This document shows, in pieces, positions 28,934-39,461 of a stretch of 44,568 bases of DNA. The notes under the pieces are model-generated. The model was not told where the DNA came from. It did not search any database and saw nothing but the letters and a program-made list of their open reading frames with translations. The stretch comes from an uncultured bacterium (GTDB lineage Bacteria; SAR324; NAC60-12), in the NCBI GenBank assembly GCA_964010765.1, contig CAXGMD010000017.1, positions 1 to 44,568 on the forward strand, given 5' to 3'. Each line of letters begins with the position of its first letter. The stretch's first letter is position 1. The position numbers were made by a program, and so were the translations under genes.

Positions 28934-29920
28934 ATGTCAGTCATTCATCCTAGCAGCATCCGACAGGGAGATCGTCGTGCGATGGCCAAGGCAATCACCC
29001 TACTGGAGAGCACACACCCAGAAAAACTTGATCAGGGCCAGACGCTGCTGGAGGAGTTGTTGCCGGAGACCGGCAAGTCCCTGCGAATTGGCATTACTGG
29101 AGTTCCAGGTGTGGGTAAGAGCACCTTCATTGAAGCCTTTGGAATGCGGCTGATCGAAGCAGGGCATCGGGTTGCTGTAATAGCTGTGGATCCAAGTAGT
29201 CCAATCACCGGTGGAAGTATCCTGGGCGATAAGACGCGGATGCAACAATTGTCCTCACACCCACAGGCATTTGTACGTCCTTCACCCTCCTCTGGAGTGC
29301 TGGGTGGGGTCGCTCGTAAAACCCGGGAGACGATGTTGCTCTGTGAAGCAGCGGGCTACGACGTGATTATTGTTGAGACGGTAGGGGTTGGTCAGTCGGA
29401 GACCATGGTTGCTTCAATGGTTGACCTCTTCCTAGTGCTGATGCTACCCAATGCTGGAGATGAGCTGCAGGGAATCAAGAAGGGAATTCTGGAGTTAGCG
29501 GACCTAATCGTTATCAACAAGGCTGATGGTGATCAGAAGACCTTGGCTCAACGAGCTGTGCGAGAGTATCGAAACGCTCTCCATTTGCTCAAGCCGACTC
29601 GGGCTTCATGGCAGGCAAAGGTGCTTCAGTGCAGTGCCCTGGAACAAACAGGGCTGGTTGAGCTTTGGGAGACGATGCAAGACTTTCAAGAGATGCTGAA
29701 GACCTCGGGAGAGTGGGAAGAGCACAGGAGTCATCAGGCTGTTCGCTGGATGTGGAGTCTGATTGATGAAGAGTTGCGCCAAAGTTTTCGCAAGCATTCC
29801 CAGATCCAAGCTGATATCCCCAGAGTTGAGAAGGCCATTCGTCAAGGCAAGCAACTGCCAACTCGAGCCGCCCGATCTTTATTGGAAGTTTGGTTCTCTA
29901 GTAATACCCAAAATAAATAG
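28934..29920 (+). CDS. meaB: Methylmalonyl-CoA mutase-associated GTPase
   Basis: GITGVPGVGKST, DPSSP..GGSILGDKTRM, ETVGVGQSE and NKAD motifs. Confidence 0.95.
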   Translation: MSVIHPSSIRQGDRRAMAKAITLLESTHPEKLDQGQTLLEELLPETGKSLRIGITGVPGVGKSTFIEAFGMRLIEAGHRVAVIAVDPSSPITGGSILGDKTRMQQLSSHPQAFVRPSPSSGVLGGVARKTRETMLLCEAAGYDVIIVETVGVGQSETMVASMVDLFLVLMLPNAGDELQGIKKGILELADLIVINKADGDQKTLAQRAVREYRNALHLLKPTRASWQAKVLQCSALEQTGLVELWETMQDFQEMLKTSGEWEEHRSHQAVRWMWSLIDEELRQSFRKHSQIQADIPRVEKAIRQGKQLPTRAARSLLEVWFSSNTQNK

Positions 29921-30032
29921 TCTAGAGGTTATCAAACCTACTATTAGGACCGCTGATCATGAATCGCTTGGTGTCTTTTTCTGCTATAAGTGAGGTACTA
30001 CTTGTGAGAGAGCAGGAATTTTGGCGTGTTAC

Positions 30033-31955
30033 TTAAAAGCGCTGTCGAAATTTACGTTCCAGTTCAGCAGTGGGTAAGGAAAACCAAAGGGGAGATCCGT
30101 CAAGGGAGCGGTTGTCTGGATCTAGCTGTTCAAGTTGGGCCAGTAACAACTGCTGATCACTTGCGGCAAGCAGTTGCGTTTCTGAGAAAGCCGCTTGTGT
30201 GGCTAAGACATTCCAGAGATCCTGCTGAAGTGCGTCTGGACGACTACGCTTCCCGAAGAGAGCGCTGCGATTAAGCATCTCTCGCAGAAAGGCTTCTGCC
30301 CGAGACAAGGCCAGTAGTCTTGGTTGCTGTTGCAGGGCAAAGGTCCTTCCTCCAAAAGGTTCCCAGACAAACCCACCTTGACGCATCAAAGCTTCTAATC
30401 CCGCCAATAGTGTTGCCTCCTGAGGTGCCAGGTGCAGCAACAACGGAGTACTCCACTCAGAAACTTCAATATTTTCAGCCAGGAAATCAATCCGGTAGCG
30501 TTCATAGAGTAACCGCTCGTGAACACGCTGGCTGTGAAACAGCACCAATCCGTCTACATCCGTAGCCAGTAGATAACAACCCAATACTTGTCCATGTGAT
30601 TGCCATCGAGTTGGAGTTTCCGGAATAGGCCACAGCTGAAGGTTCTCAACGACAACTGGATCACCTATAGTTTCGGCTTTGGTAGGTGCTTCTTCTTTAG
30701 TTGGTGATGAGGGAGCGGTTGTGGCAACAGGAGAAGCTTCTGGTTTGGAATCAGTATTTTTGGTAGGTGTGGGAAGGGTTGGATTGTGCTTGGCTCGGGC
30801 TGGTCGCTCCTTAGCAACTCGTTGCGCAGAGGAGTGCTCCTGAACCTGTTGTTGCAGTGGTAGCTCATCTACTAGTGGCAATTCTGTCTGAGGGTCCCTT
30901 ATTGGTCTAGGTATCGTCTTTCCTTCCCAACCAAATAGGCGCAGCTTGGTCTGTTGCTTAAGGCTTCTGCTCAGCTGATCCTGGAGGATTGTATGCACAA
31001 CCTGGCTGTTGCGTAGCCGAATCTCTGTTTTTGCAGGATGGACATTGACGTCCAACTCACCTGGATCAAGATGCAGCGAAAGGAAGAATGCTGGATGCTG
31101 TGATTTGCTCAGGAAGTTGCCATAGCCCTGGTAGATTGCCCGCTGCACCGCTGGACATCGTACAGAGCGGTCATTGACAAACAGGTACTGCCAACGCTTG
31201 CTGGTTCGTACTTTCTCTGGGATGGAGAGCCAGCCTTGGTAATTTAGGTAATTTTCTCGATGTGAGACTTCCTGCAGGCTATCTCGAAACTCTTCACCAA
31301 AGAGTTGAAAAATTCGCTCTTCTAGACTGTTGGCTGGTCCCAGGTTAAGCAATAGTTGCTGGTTATGAACAAGCTTGAACTGACGTTGCGGGTAGGCCAG
31401 CGCCTGATTGGTCAATCCCTGCTGAATGTGTTGTAACTCCGTGGTGGTTGTCTTCAGAAACTTAAGCCGAGCCGGTGTGTTGAAGAACAGTCGCTCGATC
31501 TTGATGCGCGTTCCTTGCGGAAAGCCTACCTTGCCAATTTCATCCAGTTGTCCCCCCTGCATCAGCAGACGTGTCCCGCTCTCTTGATCATCAGGACAGG
31601 TCAGCAATTCGAAGTGGGAGACTGCGGCAATTGAAGCCAAAGCTTCTCCGCGAAAGCCAAGCGTACCAATGCGGAACAAGTCTTCGTCTGAATAAATCTT
31701 ACTGGTGGCGTGACGTTCCACGGCAAAGCGAGCATCGGTCTCATTCATCCCGCAGCCGTTGTCGAGCACCTGAATCAGGTCTTTTCCTCCATTCTTGACG
31801 GTCACCTGAATCAAGGTAGCTCCAGCGTCCAACGCATTTTCTACCAACTCCTTGACCACAGATGCTGGCCGCTCAACCACTTCCCCTGCTGCAATCTTGT
31901 TGATCAGCGATTCAGGGAGAATGCGGACTTTCTGATTGAGAAAAGAGGAGTTCAT
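30033..31955 (-). CDS. mutL: DNA mismatch repair protein MutL
   Basis: IAAGEVVERPASVVKELVENALDA, HATSK, GFRGEAL and DVNVHPAK motifs. C-terminal nuclease motifs are degenerate. Confidence 0.95.
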   Translation of the reverse strand: MNSSFLNQKVRILPESLINKIAAGEVVERPASVVKELVENALDAGATLIQVTVKNGGKDLIQVLDNGCGMNETDARFAVERHATSKIYSDEDLFRIGTLGFRGEALASIAAVSHFELLTCPDDQESGTRLLMQGGQLDEIGKVGFPQGTRIKIERLFFNTPARLKFLKTTTTELQHIQQGLTNQALAYPQRQFKLVHNQQLLLNLGPANSLEERIFQLFGEEFRDSLQEVSHRENYLNYQGWLSIPEKVRTSKRWQYLFVNDRSVRCPAVQRAIYQGYGNFLSKSQHPAFFLSLHLDPGELDVNVHPAKTEIRLRNSQVVHTILQDQLSRSLKQQTKLRLFGWEGKTIPRPIRDPQTELPLVDELPLQQQVQEHSSAQRVAKERPARAKHNPTLPTPTKNTDSKPEASPVATTAPSSPTKEEAPTKAETIGDPVVVENLQLWPIPETPTRWQSHGQVLGCYLLATDVDGLVLFHSQRVHERLLYERYRIDFLAENIEVSEWSTPLLLHLAPQEATLLAGLEALMRQGGFVWEPFGGRTFALQQQPRLLALSRAEAFLREMLNRSALFGKRSRPDALQQDLWNVLATQAAFSETQLLAASDQQLLLAQLEQLDPDNRSLDGSPLWFSLPTAELERKFRQRF

Positions 31956-32050
31956 GGCAAACAGTGAGTCAAAAAGAGAGGAAGAAAAACTGCGAGCGGG
32001 ACAAAGCAGGGAGAGATTTGGGCGAGAGGGAATCCCGCCCAGGAATAGGA

Positions 32051-32899
32051 TCAGTCCACCAACACGACGACGCGGGCTTCTCTCAAGAAGTTGAGATTAG
32101 CCGCCAGTTGGCGAATGCGAGCTGCATCCTGATCAGCGAGGACAATGTCCGTCTTGTTTTTGCCAGCGACCCCGACAGCTTTGACTGTCAGTGGATTACC
32201 TGCCACTCGGTCGTTGGTTTCAGCTTGTTCCAGATCCTTGACGTAACCGGCCATTCCGTGTTTGAGGACAAATTCCTGTTCCACATAGGCTGAACCATAG
32301 AGTTCATTCCCAGCTTCATCAAAAACCCGTGGTGACATTGCTGGTTGAGCTTCTGTTCCTCGTGCATCGATGATCAAGCCGGTATAAACTCGCCCCATAT
32401 CAATTGGAGCGCCGGATTGGGAATTGGAAGAGAGTTCTACTGGTGGGGCAATTTCCACTGGGATCTGGAAGAGAGCTTGTTGTGGAACCACCTGTTGGAG
32501 TCGGGCTTCCATGCGGACACGAACGCTGCCGTCAGAGAAGTAGCGTGGTGCACCAACAGGGCGTAAGCCGTAGATCATACCCTGAACATTGGAGCGGATT
32601 TGATCATCGGTCAACATCGCGTCTTGTAGCGTGGTATTTGAACTGACGTTGATTCCTTTGATCATCTCCAGAATGTTACGAGCTGCATCCATCCGGGCTG
32701 CTCGTTGGGCACTAGCGTTTTGTTGAGCAGAGGTTCCTGCTTTCTTTGCAGGTACGCCTAGGCCATCGGCAATGACGAGTCCTTGGTTCCAATCGACACA
32801 GGCCGAGTTTCCATCTTGCAGACAACGGTCATCTATCGAAACACCCCAAGCTGTGCTGGCCAGCAACAGTCCAAGGCACGCGCTGATCCATGTCTTCAT
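32051..32899 (-). CDS. Secreted hypothetical protein with LPP20-like N-terminal region
   Basis: Signal peptide, AQRAARMDAARNILE and C-terminal YTGLIIDARG...PAMSP. AGGAG SD. Confidence 0.7.
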   Translation of the reverse strand: MKTWISACLGLLLASTAWGVSIDDRCLQDGNSACVDWNQGLVIADGLGVPAKKAGTSAQQNASAQRAARMDAARNILEMIKGINVSSNTTLQDAMLTDDQIRSNVQGMIYGLRPVGAPRYFSDGSVRVRMEARLQQVVPQQALFQIPVEIAPPVELSSNSQSGAPIDMGRVYTGLIIDARGTEAQPAMSPRVFDEAGNELYGSAYVEQEFVLKHGMAGYVKDLEQAETNDRVAGNPLTVKAVGVAGKNKTDIVLADQDAARIRQLAANLNFLREARVVVLVD

Positions 32900-32929
32900 C
32901 TTGTCTCCTGGCTGAAATCGGTAGGTAGC

Positions 32930-32949
32930 AGCGGCCTAATCCGGCCGCT
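32930..32949 (-). terminator. GC-rich hairpin downstream of pnp
   Basis: AGCGGCC-N6-GGCCGCT. No clear U-tract. Confidence 0.3.
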
Positions 32950-32987
32950 AGGAAAGAGTGGGCGAATGCAGCTTTTGTGCGAATCGC

Positions 32988-35066
32988 CTATACGTCCTTG
33001 ATGCTTAGCTGCAGCTTACCCCGTTTGTCAAGACCCATAGCTTTTACTTTGACAGTATCGCCCTCACGAACGACATCTGTGACCGCACGGACACGGCCTT
33101 CCGCTAAGTTGGAGATGTGTACCAATCCTTCTGTTCCAGGGAAGACTTCTACAAAAGCTCCGAAGTCAACCACTCGCTTGACAAGCCCATCGTAAACAGT
33201 GCCGATTTCGACGGTGCGTGTCAGATCTCGAACAATTTCCAAGGCAGCATCCACCGCCTTGTGATCTCCAGATGCAATGGATACCAAACCGTCGTCAGAG
33301 ATGTTGATCTTCACCCCAGTTCGCTCGACGATGCTCTTGATCATCTTGCCCCCAGGGCCAATGACGATGGAGATCTTATCAGGTGGAATCTTGTGAGTGA
33401 TGAAGCGCGGCGCATAGCTGGACAGTCCAGCACGAGACTGCTCCAAGGTGTCTCCCATGATCTTGAGAATGTGCAGTCGACCTTCACAAGCTTGTTCCAG
33501 TGATGCCTTGACGATTTCGCGGGTGAGTCCCTTGATCTTGATGTCCATCTGCAATGCAGTGATGCCTGTGGTAGTGCCAACAACCTTGAAGTCCATGTCA
33601 CCTAAGTGGTCTTCGTCACCAAGAATATCTGAGAGAATGCTGGTCTGCCCATCATCATAGATCAGCCCCATGGCGATACCGGCAGCCGCTGCCTTGAGAG
33701 GAATACCTGCATCCATCATTGCGAGGGAACCAGAACAAACCGTTGCCATCGAGGAAGAACCATTGGATTCGAGTACTTCAGAGACTAGACGAATGGTGTA
33801 AGGGAACTCTTCTCTAGTTGGAAGTAGATGGCTGAGGCCACGCTCGGCAAGGTGTCCATGGCCGATTTCACGACGTCCAGGACCTCTGGGCGGTCGAGCT
33901 TCACCGACGCAGAAACTTGGGAAATTGTAGTGTAACATGAAGTTTCTGTAGCTCACCCCATGCAACGAATCGATGAGTTGCTCATCTTCTTTAGTACCTA
34001 GGGTTACTACACCCAGTGCTTGGGTTTCTCCACGTGTGAAGAGCGCAGAGCCGTGGGCTCTTGGTAGAATCCGTGCCTCACAATCGATCTGGCGGATATC
34101 TTTTGGGCCTCGTCCATCAATGCGAATCTGATCCTTTAGAATACGCTCTCGCATGACCTTTTTCTTGACCGAACTAATCGAACTCTTGGCCTGTCCAATG
34201 TCATCATTGCTGGGCTCACTGCCTTCAGGAAAGACCTCAGCAAGTACTTCATCGACAACGGCATCCAGTCGCTGATAACGCTCCTGCTTCTCTGTAATCT
34301 GTAGGGCCTCCACTAATTTAGGCTGGCTGGCCGCAGTTACCTTGGTGTGCAACTCTTCATCAATTTCTGGTATAGCGACTTCGCGTTTGGGTTTGCCGCA
34401 GCGCTGCATCAACTCTTCTTGAATTCGAATGATCGGCTGGACCTGCTCCTGACCAAACCAGAGAGCGTCAAGCATCACCTCCTCACTCACCTCTTTTGCT
34501 TCCCCTTCTACCATCAGGATAGCGTCTTTCGAAGCTGCCATGATGATGTTCAACTCACTTTCTTCCAGCTCAGCAGGCGTTGGGTTGACGACAAATTCAC
34601 CATTGATGCGTCCGACTCGGATGCCTCCAATTGGTTGATAGAAGGGAATGTCTGAAACACAGAGTGCTGCCGAAGCACCAATCATGGCTGCGATATCGGG
34701 GGCATTGTCCTGATCGGAGCTGAGCACAGTGGCCATGATCATGGTTTCTGCCAGATAGTTTTCATCGAAGGATGGACGTAGGGGGCGATCAATGAGCCGA
34801 GAGGTTAGGGTCTCTGACTCGGAGAGGCGGCCTTCACGCTTGAAGAAACCACCAGGAATACGCCCAGCAGCGTAAGCTTTCTCAACGTAGTGAACCGATA
34901 GGGGAAAAAAGTCAGCACCAACACCGCTACCTTTGTCGGCAGTGGCGGCGACTAATACAACAGTGTCACCATAGCGAACCAAGATGGAGCCATTGGCTTG
35001 TTTAGCGAGTTTTCCTGTCTCGAGTGTAAGAGTGGCCTTACCGAAGGCCGTAGATACGGTTTCCAT
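32988..35066 (-). CDS. pnp: Polyribonucleotide nucleotidyltransferase
   Basis: RIPGGFFKREG, RREIGHG, SNGSSSMA and GDMDFKV motifs, KH and S1 domains. Confidence 0.98.
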   Translation of the reverse strand: METVSTAFGKATLTLETGKLAKQANGSILVRYGDTVVLVAATADKGSGVGADFFPLSVHYVEKAYAAGRIPGGFFKREGRLSESETLTSRLIDRPLRPSFDENYLAETMIMATVLSSDQDNAPDIAAMIGASAALCVSDIPFYQPIGGIRVGRINGEFVVNPTPAELEESELNIIMAASKDAILMVEGEAKEVSEEVMLDALWFGQEQVQPIIRIQEELMQRCGKPKREVAIPEIDEELHTKVTAASQPKLVEALQITEKQERYQRLDAVVDEVLAEVFPEGSEPSNDDIGQAKSSISSVKKKVMRERILKDQIRIDGRGPKDIRQIDCEARILPRAHGSALFTRGETQALGVVTLGTKEDEQLIDSLHGVSYRNFMLHYNFPSFCVGEARPPRGPGRREIGHGHLAERGLSHLLPTREEFPYTIRLVSEVLESNGSSSMATVCSGSLAMMDAGIPLKAAAAGIAMGLIYDDGQTSILSDILGDEDHLGDMDFKVVGTTTGITALQMDIKIKGLTREIVKASLEQACEGRLHILKIMGDTLEQSRAGLSSYAPRFITHKIPPDKISIVIGPGGKMIKSIVERTGVKINISDDGLVSIASGDHKAVDAALEIVRDLTRTVEIGTVYDGLVKRVVDFGAFVEVFPGTEGLVHISNLAEGRVRAVTDVVREGDTVKVKAMGLDKRGKLQLSIKDV

Positions 35067-35258
35067 AAATTCTCCTGATTTTTCAATATACTAGGGATCG
35101 AAAGAGAGACCAATCGCAGTGCATCGTGGAAAGGTAGCCTTGGGACGAACGACCAGACAAAGGTTGGAGGAGGTGTTGCGTCAGAATGGTGGCTGTTAGG
35201 CAGGCAGCGAATGGAATCAAGGATTGCAGGTTGTTTCCTGAGAGGGGATTGGCGGAAG

Positions 35259-35281
35259 AACGAACCCTCTGTGGGCTCGTT
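35259..35281 (-). terminator. Hairpin 15 nt after the rpsO stop
   Basis: Minus-strand AACGAGCCC-ACAGA-GGGTTCGTT with a weak pyrimidine tail. Confidence 0.45.
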
Positions 35282-35296
35282 CTAGTAGGTGGCTAT

Positions 35297-35563
35297 TTAT
35301 CTGCGGATGCCCAGCTTTTGGATAATTTCCTGGTAGCGATCCACGTTTTCCGCCTTGAGGTAGTTAAGAAAGTTGCGTCGTCGACCAACGAGGCGCAACA
35401 GTCCACGACGAGAGTGGAAGTCTTTTGGTTGTTGCTTGAAATGATCAGTTAGGTAGACGATTCGGGCTGTCAGCAGGGCAATCTGAACTTCTGTTGAGCC
35501 ACTGTCGTGCTCATTCTTGCCATAGGTGCGAATCAGTTCATTTTTCTGTTCCTTGGTCAACAT
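35297..35563 (-). CDS. rpsO: 30S ribosomal protein S15
   Basis: DSGSTEVQIALLT and KDFHSRRGL motifs. Confidence 0.98.
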   Translation of the reverse strand: MLTKEQKNELIRTYGKNEHDSGSTEVQIALLTARIVYLTDHFKQQPKDFHSRRGLLRLVGRRRNFLNYLKAENVDRYQEIIQKLGIRR

Positions 35564-35576
35564 GCAGAGATACTCC

Positions 35577-36470
35577 TCAGATCAATACTTTATTCGGTTG
35601 AAAGCAGGGGCCTCGCTCTCCCAGATGCAGAGAACCGAGTGCCCAGAGTTCTTGTTCATCACCAGCCTGATACCAGGCTTCAGTGGTATGGTCATTAGGA
35701 ACGGCTGATTCTGAAGTTAGGCTCAGCGGGACGGTTTGTCCTTGTCGGATACGTTCCCGGTCCTCCAGAGGCAGATACAGCACAGGGAAGTCGCTCAGCA
35801 CTCTGGAAGAATCCATCCATGGGTTAACTTCCTGAGCCAGTTGCTCAGGAGTTTTGGCTTCCTCGATCACGAATCGAGAGCCACAGCGCAGACGACGCAA
35901 GGCAGATAAATGGGCACCAACACGTAGATCCTGGCCCAATTGCTCAGCTAGTGAGCGAATATAAGTGCCCTTCGAACAATGCACGGTGATCTCTGCTTCT
36001 GGCGACGCGAAGCACTCGAGCTTCAGTTGTTCCAGAAAGACTCGCCGCGTCGGTAACTCTGGTGCTTCTCCACGACGGGCCAGTCGATAGGCCGGTGTAC
36101 CTTGAAGCTTGACCGCTGAGTGGACTGGGGTCTGTTGATCTTGCCACCCCAAGTGCCTCTGCAGCCACTCATTCACCATCGTTTCGTTCACGGAACTTGG
36201 ATCCCGTTCAGCCAGTATCTGGCCTTCTGCGTCAAAAGTATCAGTGCGAATGCCAAAACGAACGGTCGCACGATACACCTTGTCCTGTTCGTTGAACAGG
36301 GAAATCAATTTGGTCGCCTTGCCCAGGAAAACTGGGAGTACTCCGGTCGCCAATGGGTCCAGAGTACCCAAGTGCCCAGCTTTTTTCTCCTGAAACTGGC
36401 GACGAGCCCAGCGAATTACATCAAAAGAAGTCCAGCCACGGGGCTTGTCAATGTTCAGAATCCTCAGCAC
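35577..36470 (-). CDS. truB: tRNA pseudouridine(55) synthase
   Basis: DKPRGWTS, GHLGTLDPLATGVL and CSKGTYIRSL motifs. Confidence 0.96.
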   Translation of the reverse strand: MLRILNIDKPRGWTSFDVIRWARRQFQEKKAGHLGTLDPLATGVLPVFLGKATKLISLFNEQDKVYRATVRFGIRTDTFDAEGQILAERDPSSVNETMVNEWLQRHLGWQDQQTPVHSAVKLQGTPAYRLARRGEAPELPTRRVFLEQLKLECFASPEAEITVHCSKGTYIRSLAEQLGQDLRVGAHLSALRRLRCGSRFVIEEAKTPEQLAQEVNPWMDSSRVLSDFPVLYLPLEDRERIRQGQTVPLSLTSESAVPNDHTTEAWYQAGDEQELWALGSLHLGERGPCFQPNKVLI

Positions 36471-36816
36471 TGTCTGTCTTCTTTACCTTCTGCAATGCCT
36501 GATCGATCTCCATGCTATAGTCAAATCCAGCATCATAGAGAAAGCGTAACTTGGGAGTCAGTCGAGTTTGCAGCACCTTGCCCAGGCAACGGCTGAAGAA
36601 TCCAGCAGCGTGATTGAGCGAGGTGACGACTTCTTCTACTTGCTCACTTGGGAAAAAACTGACGTATATAGTAGCAAAGGAATTGTCTCTGGCGGCTTCA
36701 ACTCGGCTGATAGTCACCAACCGAAAGCGTGGGTCTTTGCTCTCCCGTAACAGGATCTCTGCCAGTTTTCGTTGCAGTAGCACATTGTTTGGCTCTGCTG
36801 ATTTGTTACCACGCAT
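36448..36816 (-). CDS. rbfA: Ribosome-binding factor A
   Basis: KDPR..VTISRV and TPKLRFLYD motifs. Lies between infB and truB. Confidence 0.93.
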   Translation of the reverse strand: MRGNKSAEPNNVLLQRKLAEILLRESKDPRFRLVTISRVEAARDNSFATIYVSFFPSEQVEEVVTSLNHAAGFFSRCLGKVLQTRLTPKLRFLYDAGFDYSMEIDQALQKVKKTDSAEDSEH

Positions 36817-39438
36817 CTAGAGAGTCGCTGCTTCTTCGACTTCGATGAAGGCCTCAATGACATCACCTTGCTGGACATCCTGAAAGTCCAGAACGATTCC
36901 ACATTCGTAATTCTGAGCGACTTCACGAACGTCATCCTTGAAGCGTTTCAAGGAAACAACGTGTCCCTTATGAATTTCTGTTTCATCGCGCAGGACACGA
37001 GCCTTGCAGTTTCTTACAACCTTACCTTCTGTGACCAAACACCCAAAAATATTACCAATACGATTGGCGTTGAAGATCTGATCTACGCGACAACGACCGA
37101 TCACTTCTTCACGAATCTCTGGAGCGAGCATGCCTTGCAAGGCAGCACGGACATCGTCGATAGCATTATAGATTACATCATAGAGGCGTAGGTCGACACC
37201 TTCACGGGCCAGTGTCTCACGAGCCTTTGCGTCTGCCTGAACATTGAAGGCGATGATGATCGCATCCGAGGCAGATGCCAGCACAACGTCCGTTTCTGTG
37301 ACGTTGCCAAGACCTGTGTGCAGAAAGCGCACAGAGATCTTCTCATTGCCCAGTTGCGAGAGAGAGTTGCGCAGAGCCTCGACAGAACCTTGAACGTCTG
37401 CCTTCAGCAGCAGATTGAGTTCCAAACTGCCAGCCTCTTCCAGTTGACTGAAGATATTCTCCAGATTCGTTTTCTGCTGCTGAGAAACATTGGCTTCCCG
37501 TTGATTTTCCAAACGTTGCTGCACCAGTTGTCGGGCAGTGCGTTCATCGTCCATTACGATGAAGGTTTCCCCAGTGGTCGGCACGTCATCAAACCCGGTA
37601 ATCTCTGCAGGAACAGCAGGAGTCGCTTCTTGAATTGGTTGACCGTGATCATTGAACATCGCTCGGACCCGTCCGCAGGTAGTTCCAACCAAGAAGAAAT
37701 CACCGATACGCAGTATTCCCCGCTGGATGAGCACAGTTCCCACCGCTCCCTTGCCACGGCTGATCTTGGACTCGATGATGGCTCCACGGGCTGGCCCATC
37801 GTAGAAGGCCTTTAACTCCAATACTTCTGCTTGCAGCAGGACCATCTCCAATAAGTTGTCGATGCCGTCCCCAGTTTTGGCAGAGACTGGAACCATGATC
37901 GTGTCTCCACCCAATCCTTCGGAGACTAAATTATGCTCTAGCAACTCTTGCTCAATACGCTGTGGACTGGCATCCGGCTTATCTACTTTGTTGACGGCAA
38001 CAATGAGAGGGACTTCGGCTGCTCGTGCGTGATTGATCGCTTCAATGGTTTGTGGTTGCACCCGGTCATCAGCAGCGACCACAAGAATTACGATATCCGT
38101 GACGTTTGCCCCTCTGGCACGCATGGCCGTGAAGGCTTCGTGACCGGGGGTATCGAGGAACGTGATGTTGTGATCATTGTGGCGAACGTGGTAGGCCCCA
38201 ATGTGCTGTGTAATGCCCCCAGCTTCCCCTTCGGTAACTTTCGCTGAACGAATCTTGTCCAGTAGAGAGGTCTTACCATGATCGACATGGCCCATGATGG
38301 TAACGATCGGAGCTCGCCCCCGTTCATCAGTGCCATCGACCACTTCGAAAACCTGCTCTTCAAGATTGGTGGTCTCCTGTTCTACTTCTACATCAAATTC
38401 AGCAGCAATCAGCGCAGCAGTTTCTCCTGGAATGCTTTGATTGATAGAAGCCATGACCCCGTTTTCCATCAGGCGTCTGAGGATATCTGTTGCTTTTATT
38501 CCGATTAGACTAGCGAGGTCTGCAACGGTTATGGCATTGCCAATCTTGATGCTCTTTTTGCGAGGATTAAAGACGTGTTTGGCAATTTCTGTCTGTTCAC
38601 GAACACGTTGGCCTCTTCGACGCTCACTCTTACGTTGTTTTCGTCGAGGTTGGTCGTCATCCTCGTTGTAGCTAACAGCGACAGGCTCGTTGTCTTCTCG
38701 TCGCTGTTTTCGTCGAAGGGCTTCACTCTCGGATTCTTCACGGCGGTGATGGCGAGCTTTGCTTCCTTTTTTCTCAGACTTTCGTTCTCGCTGCTTCCGT
38801 TCCTCTTCCTCTTGTTTTTCTTTACTAGAGGCAGCGGATATGCTGTTAGAATCTGCTGAGGGTAGAGAAGGAGGTGGTAGTGGGGCCGGTGCTACAACAG
38901 TTCCGGCTTCCAGAGGTACCGGTTCAATCTCAGACGCTCCTGCCTGTTCTGCAGTTACTTTTTCTACAGAAGCCTCAGCTGATTGGGCTTCCACTGTAGT
39001 TTCTACAGGAGCTTCTTCGGATTCACTCGCTTCTTGCTGGACCTCAACAATGGGTTCAGGTGGCGGCGGCGGTGCCTCTTGTCGGTCACCACCGACCCGA
39101 ATGATATTTTCTTCTTGTACCTCTTCGGAGCGTCGTCGTCGGATACGTCTTGGGCGTTTGCCTCCGATCAGCGTGCCACTATCAAGTTCAAGAGTTCCCT
39201 CTGGATTTGTATCTTCACGGCGTGTGGAAATGATTTGTGCCGGACTTTCTTTAGCAGGGCGACTTGGCGGCGGACTGGTAGGGCCACCAATTTTCTTACG
39301 AATGATCGCAATCTGCTCGTCAGAGAGCGCATTAAAGTTACTGGAAACAGGGATTCCAAATTTACGGATTCGCTGAAGCAGTTGCTTGGCTGGCAGATTC
39401 ATCTCTTTGGCCAGCTCAAACACACGCATGTTGGACAT
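36817..39438 (-). CDS. infB: Translation initiation factor IF-2
   Basis: RVFELAKE N-domain, GHVDHGKT, DTPGH, NKVD and C-terminal ECGI motifs. Confidence 0.98.
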   Translation of the reverse strand: MSNMRVFELAKEMNLPAKQLLQRIRKFGIPVSSNFNALSDEQIAIIRKKIGGPTSPPPSRPAKESPAQIISTRREDTNPEGTLELDSGTLIGGKRPRRIRRRRSEEVQEENIIRVGGDRQEAPPPPPEPIVEVQQEASESEEAPVETTVEAQSAEASVEKVTAEQAGASEIEPVPLEAGTVVAPAPLPPPSLPSADSNSISAASSKEKQEEEERKQRERKSEKKGSKARHHRREESESEALRRKQRREDNEPVAVSYNEDDDQPRRKQRKSERRRGQRVREQTEIAKHVFNPRKKSIKIGNAITVADLASLIGIKATDILRRLMENGVMASINQSIPGETAALIAAEFDVEVEQETTNLEEQVFEVVDGTDERGRAPIVTIMGHVDHGKTSLLDKIRSAKVTEGEAGGITQHIGAYHVRHNDHNITFLDTPGHEAFTAMRARGANVTDIVILVVAADDRVQPQTIEAINHARAAEVPLIVAVNKVDKPDASPQRIEQELLEHNLVSEGLGGDTIMVPVSAKTGDGIDNLLEMVLLQAEVLELKAFYDGPARGAIIESKISRGKGAVGTVLIQRGILRIGDFFLVGTTCGRVRAMFNDHGQPIQEATPAVPAEITGFDDVPTTGETFIVMDDERTARQLVQQRLENQREANVSQQQKTNLENIFSQLEEAGSLELNLLLKADVQGSVEALRNSLSQLGNEKISVRFLHTGLGNVTETDVVLASASDAIIIAFNVQADAKARETLAREGVDLRLYDVIYNAIDDVRAALQGMLAPEIREEVIGRCRVDQIFNANRIGNIFGCLVTEGKVVRNCKARVLRDETEIHKGHVVSLKRFKDDVREVAQNYECGIVLDFQDVQQGDVIEAFIEVEEAATL

Positions 39439-39461
39439 AGGATTCTGGACTTCTTGGGGTT

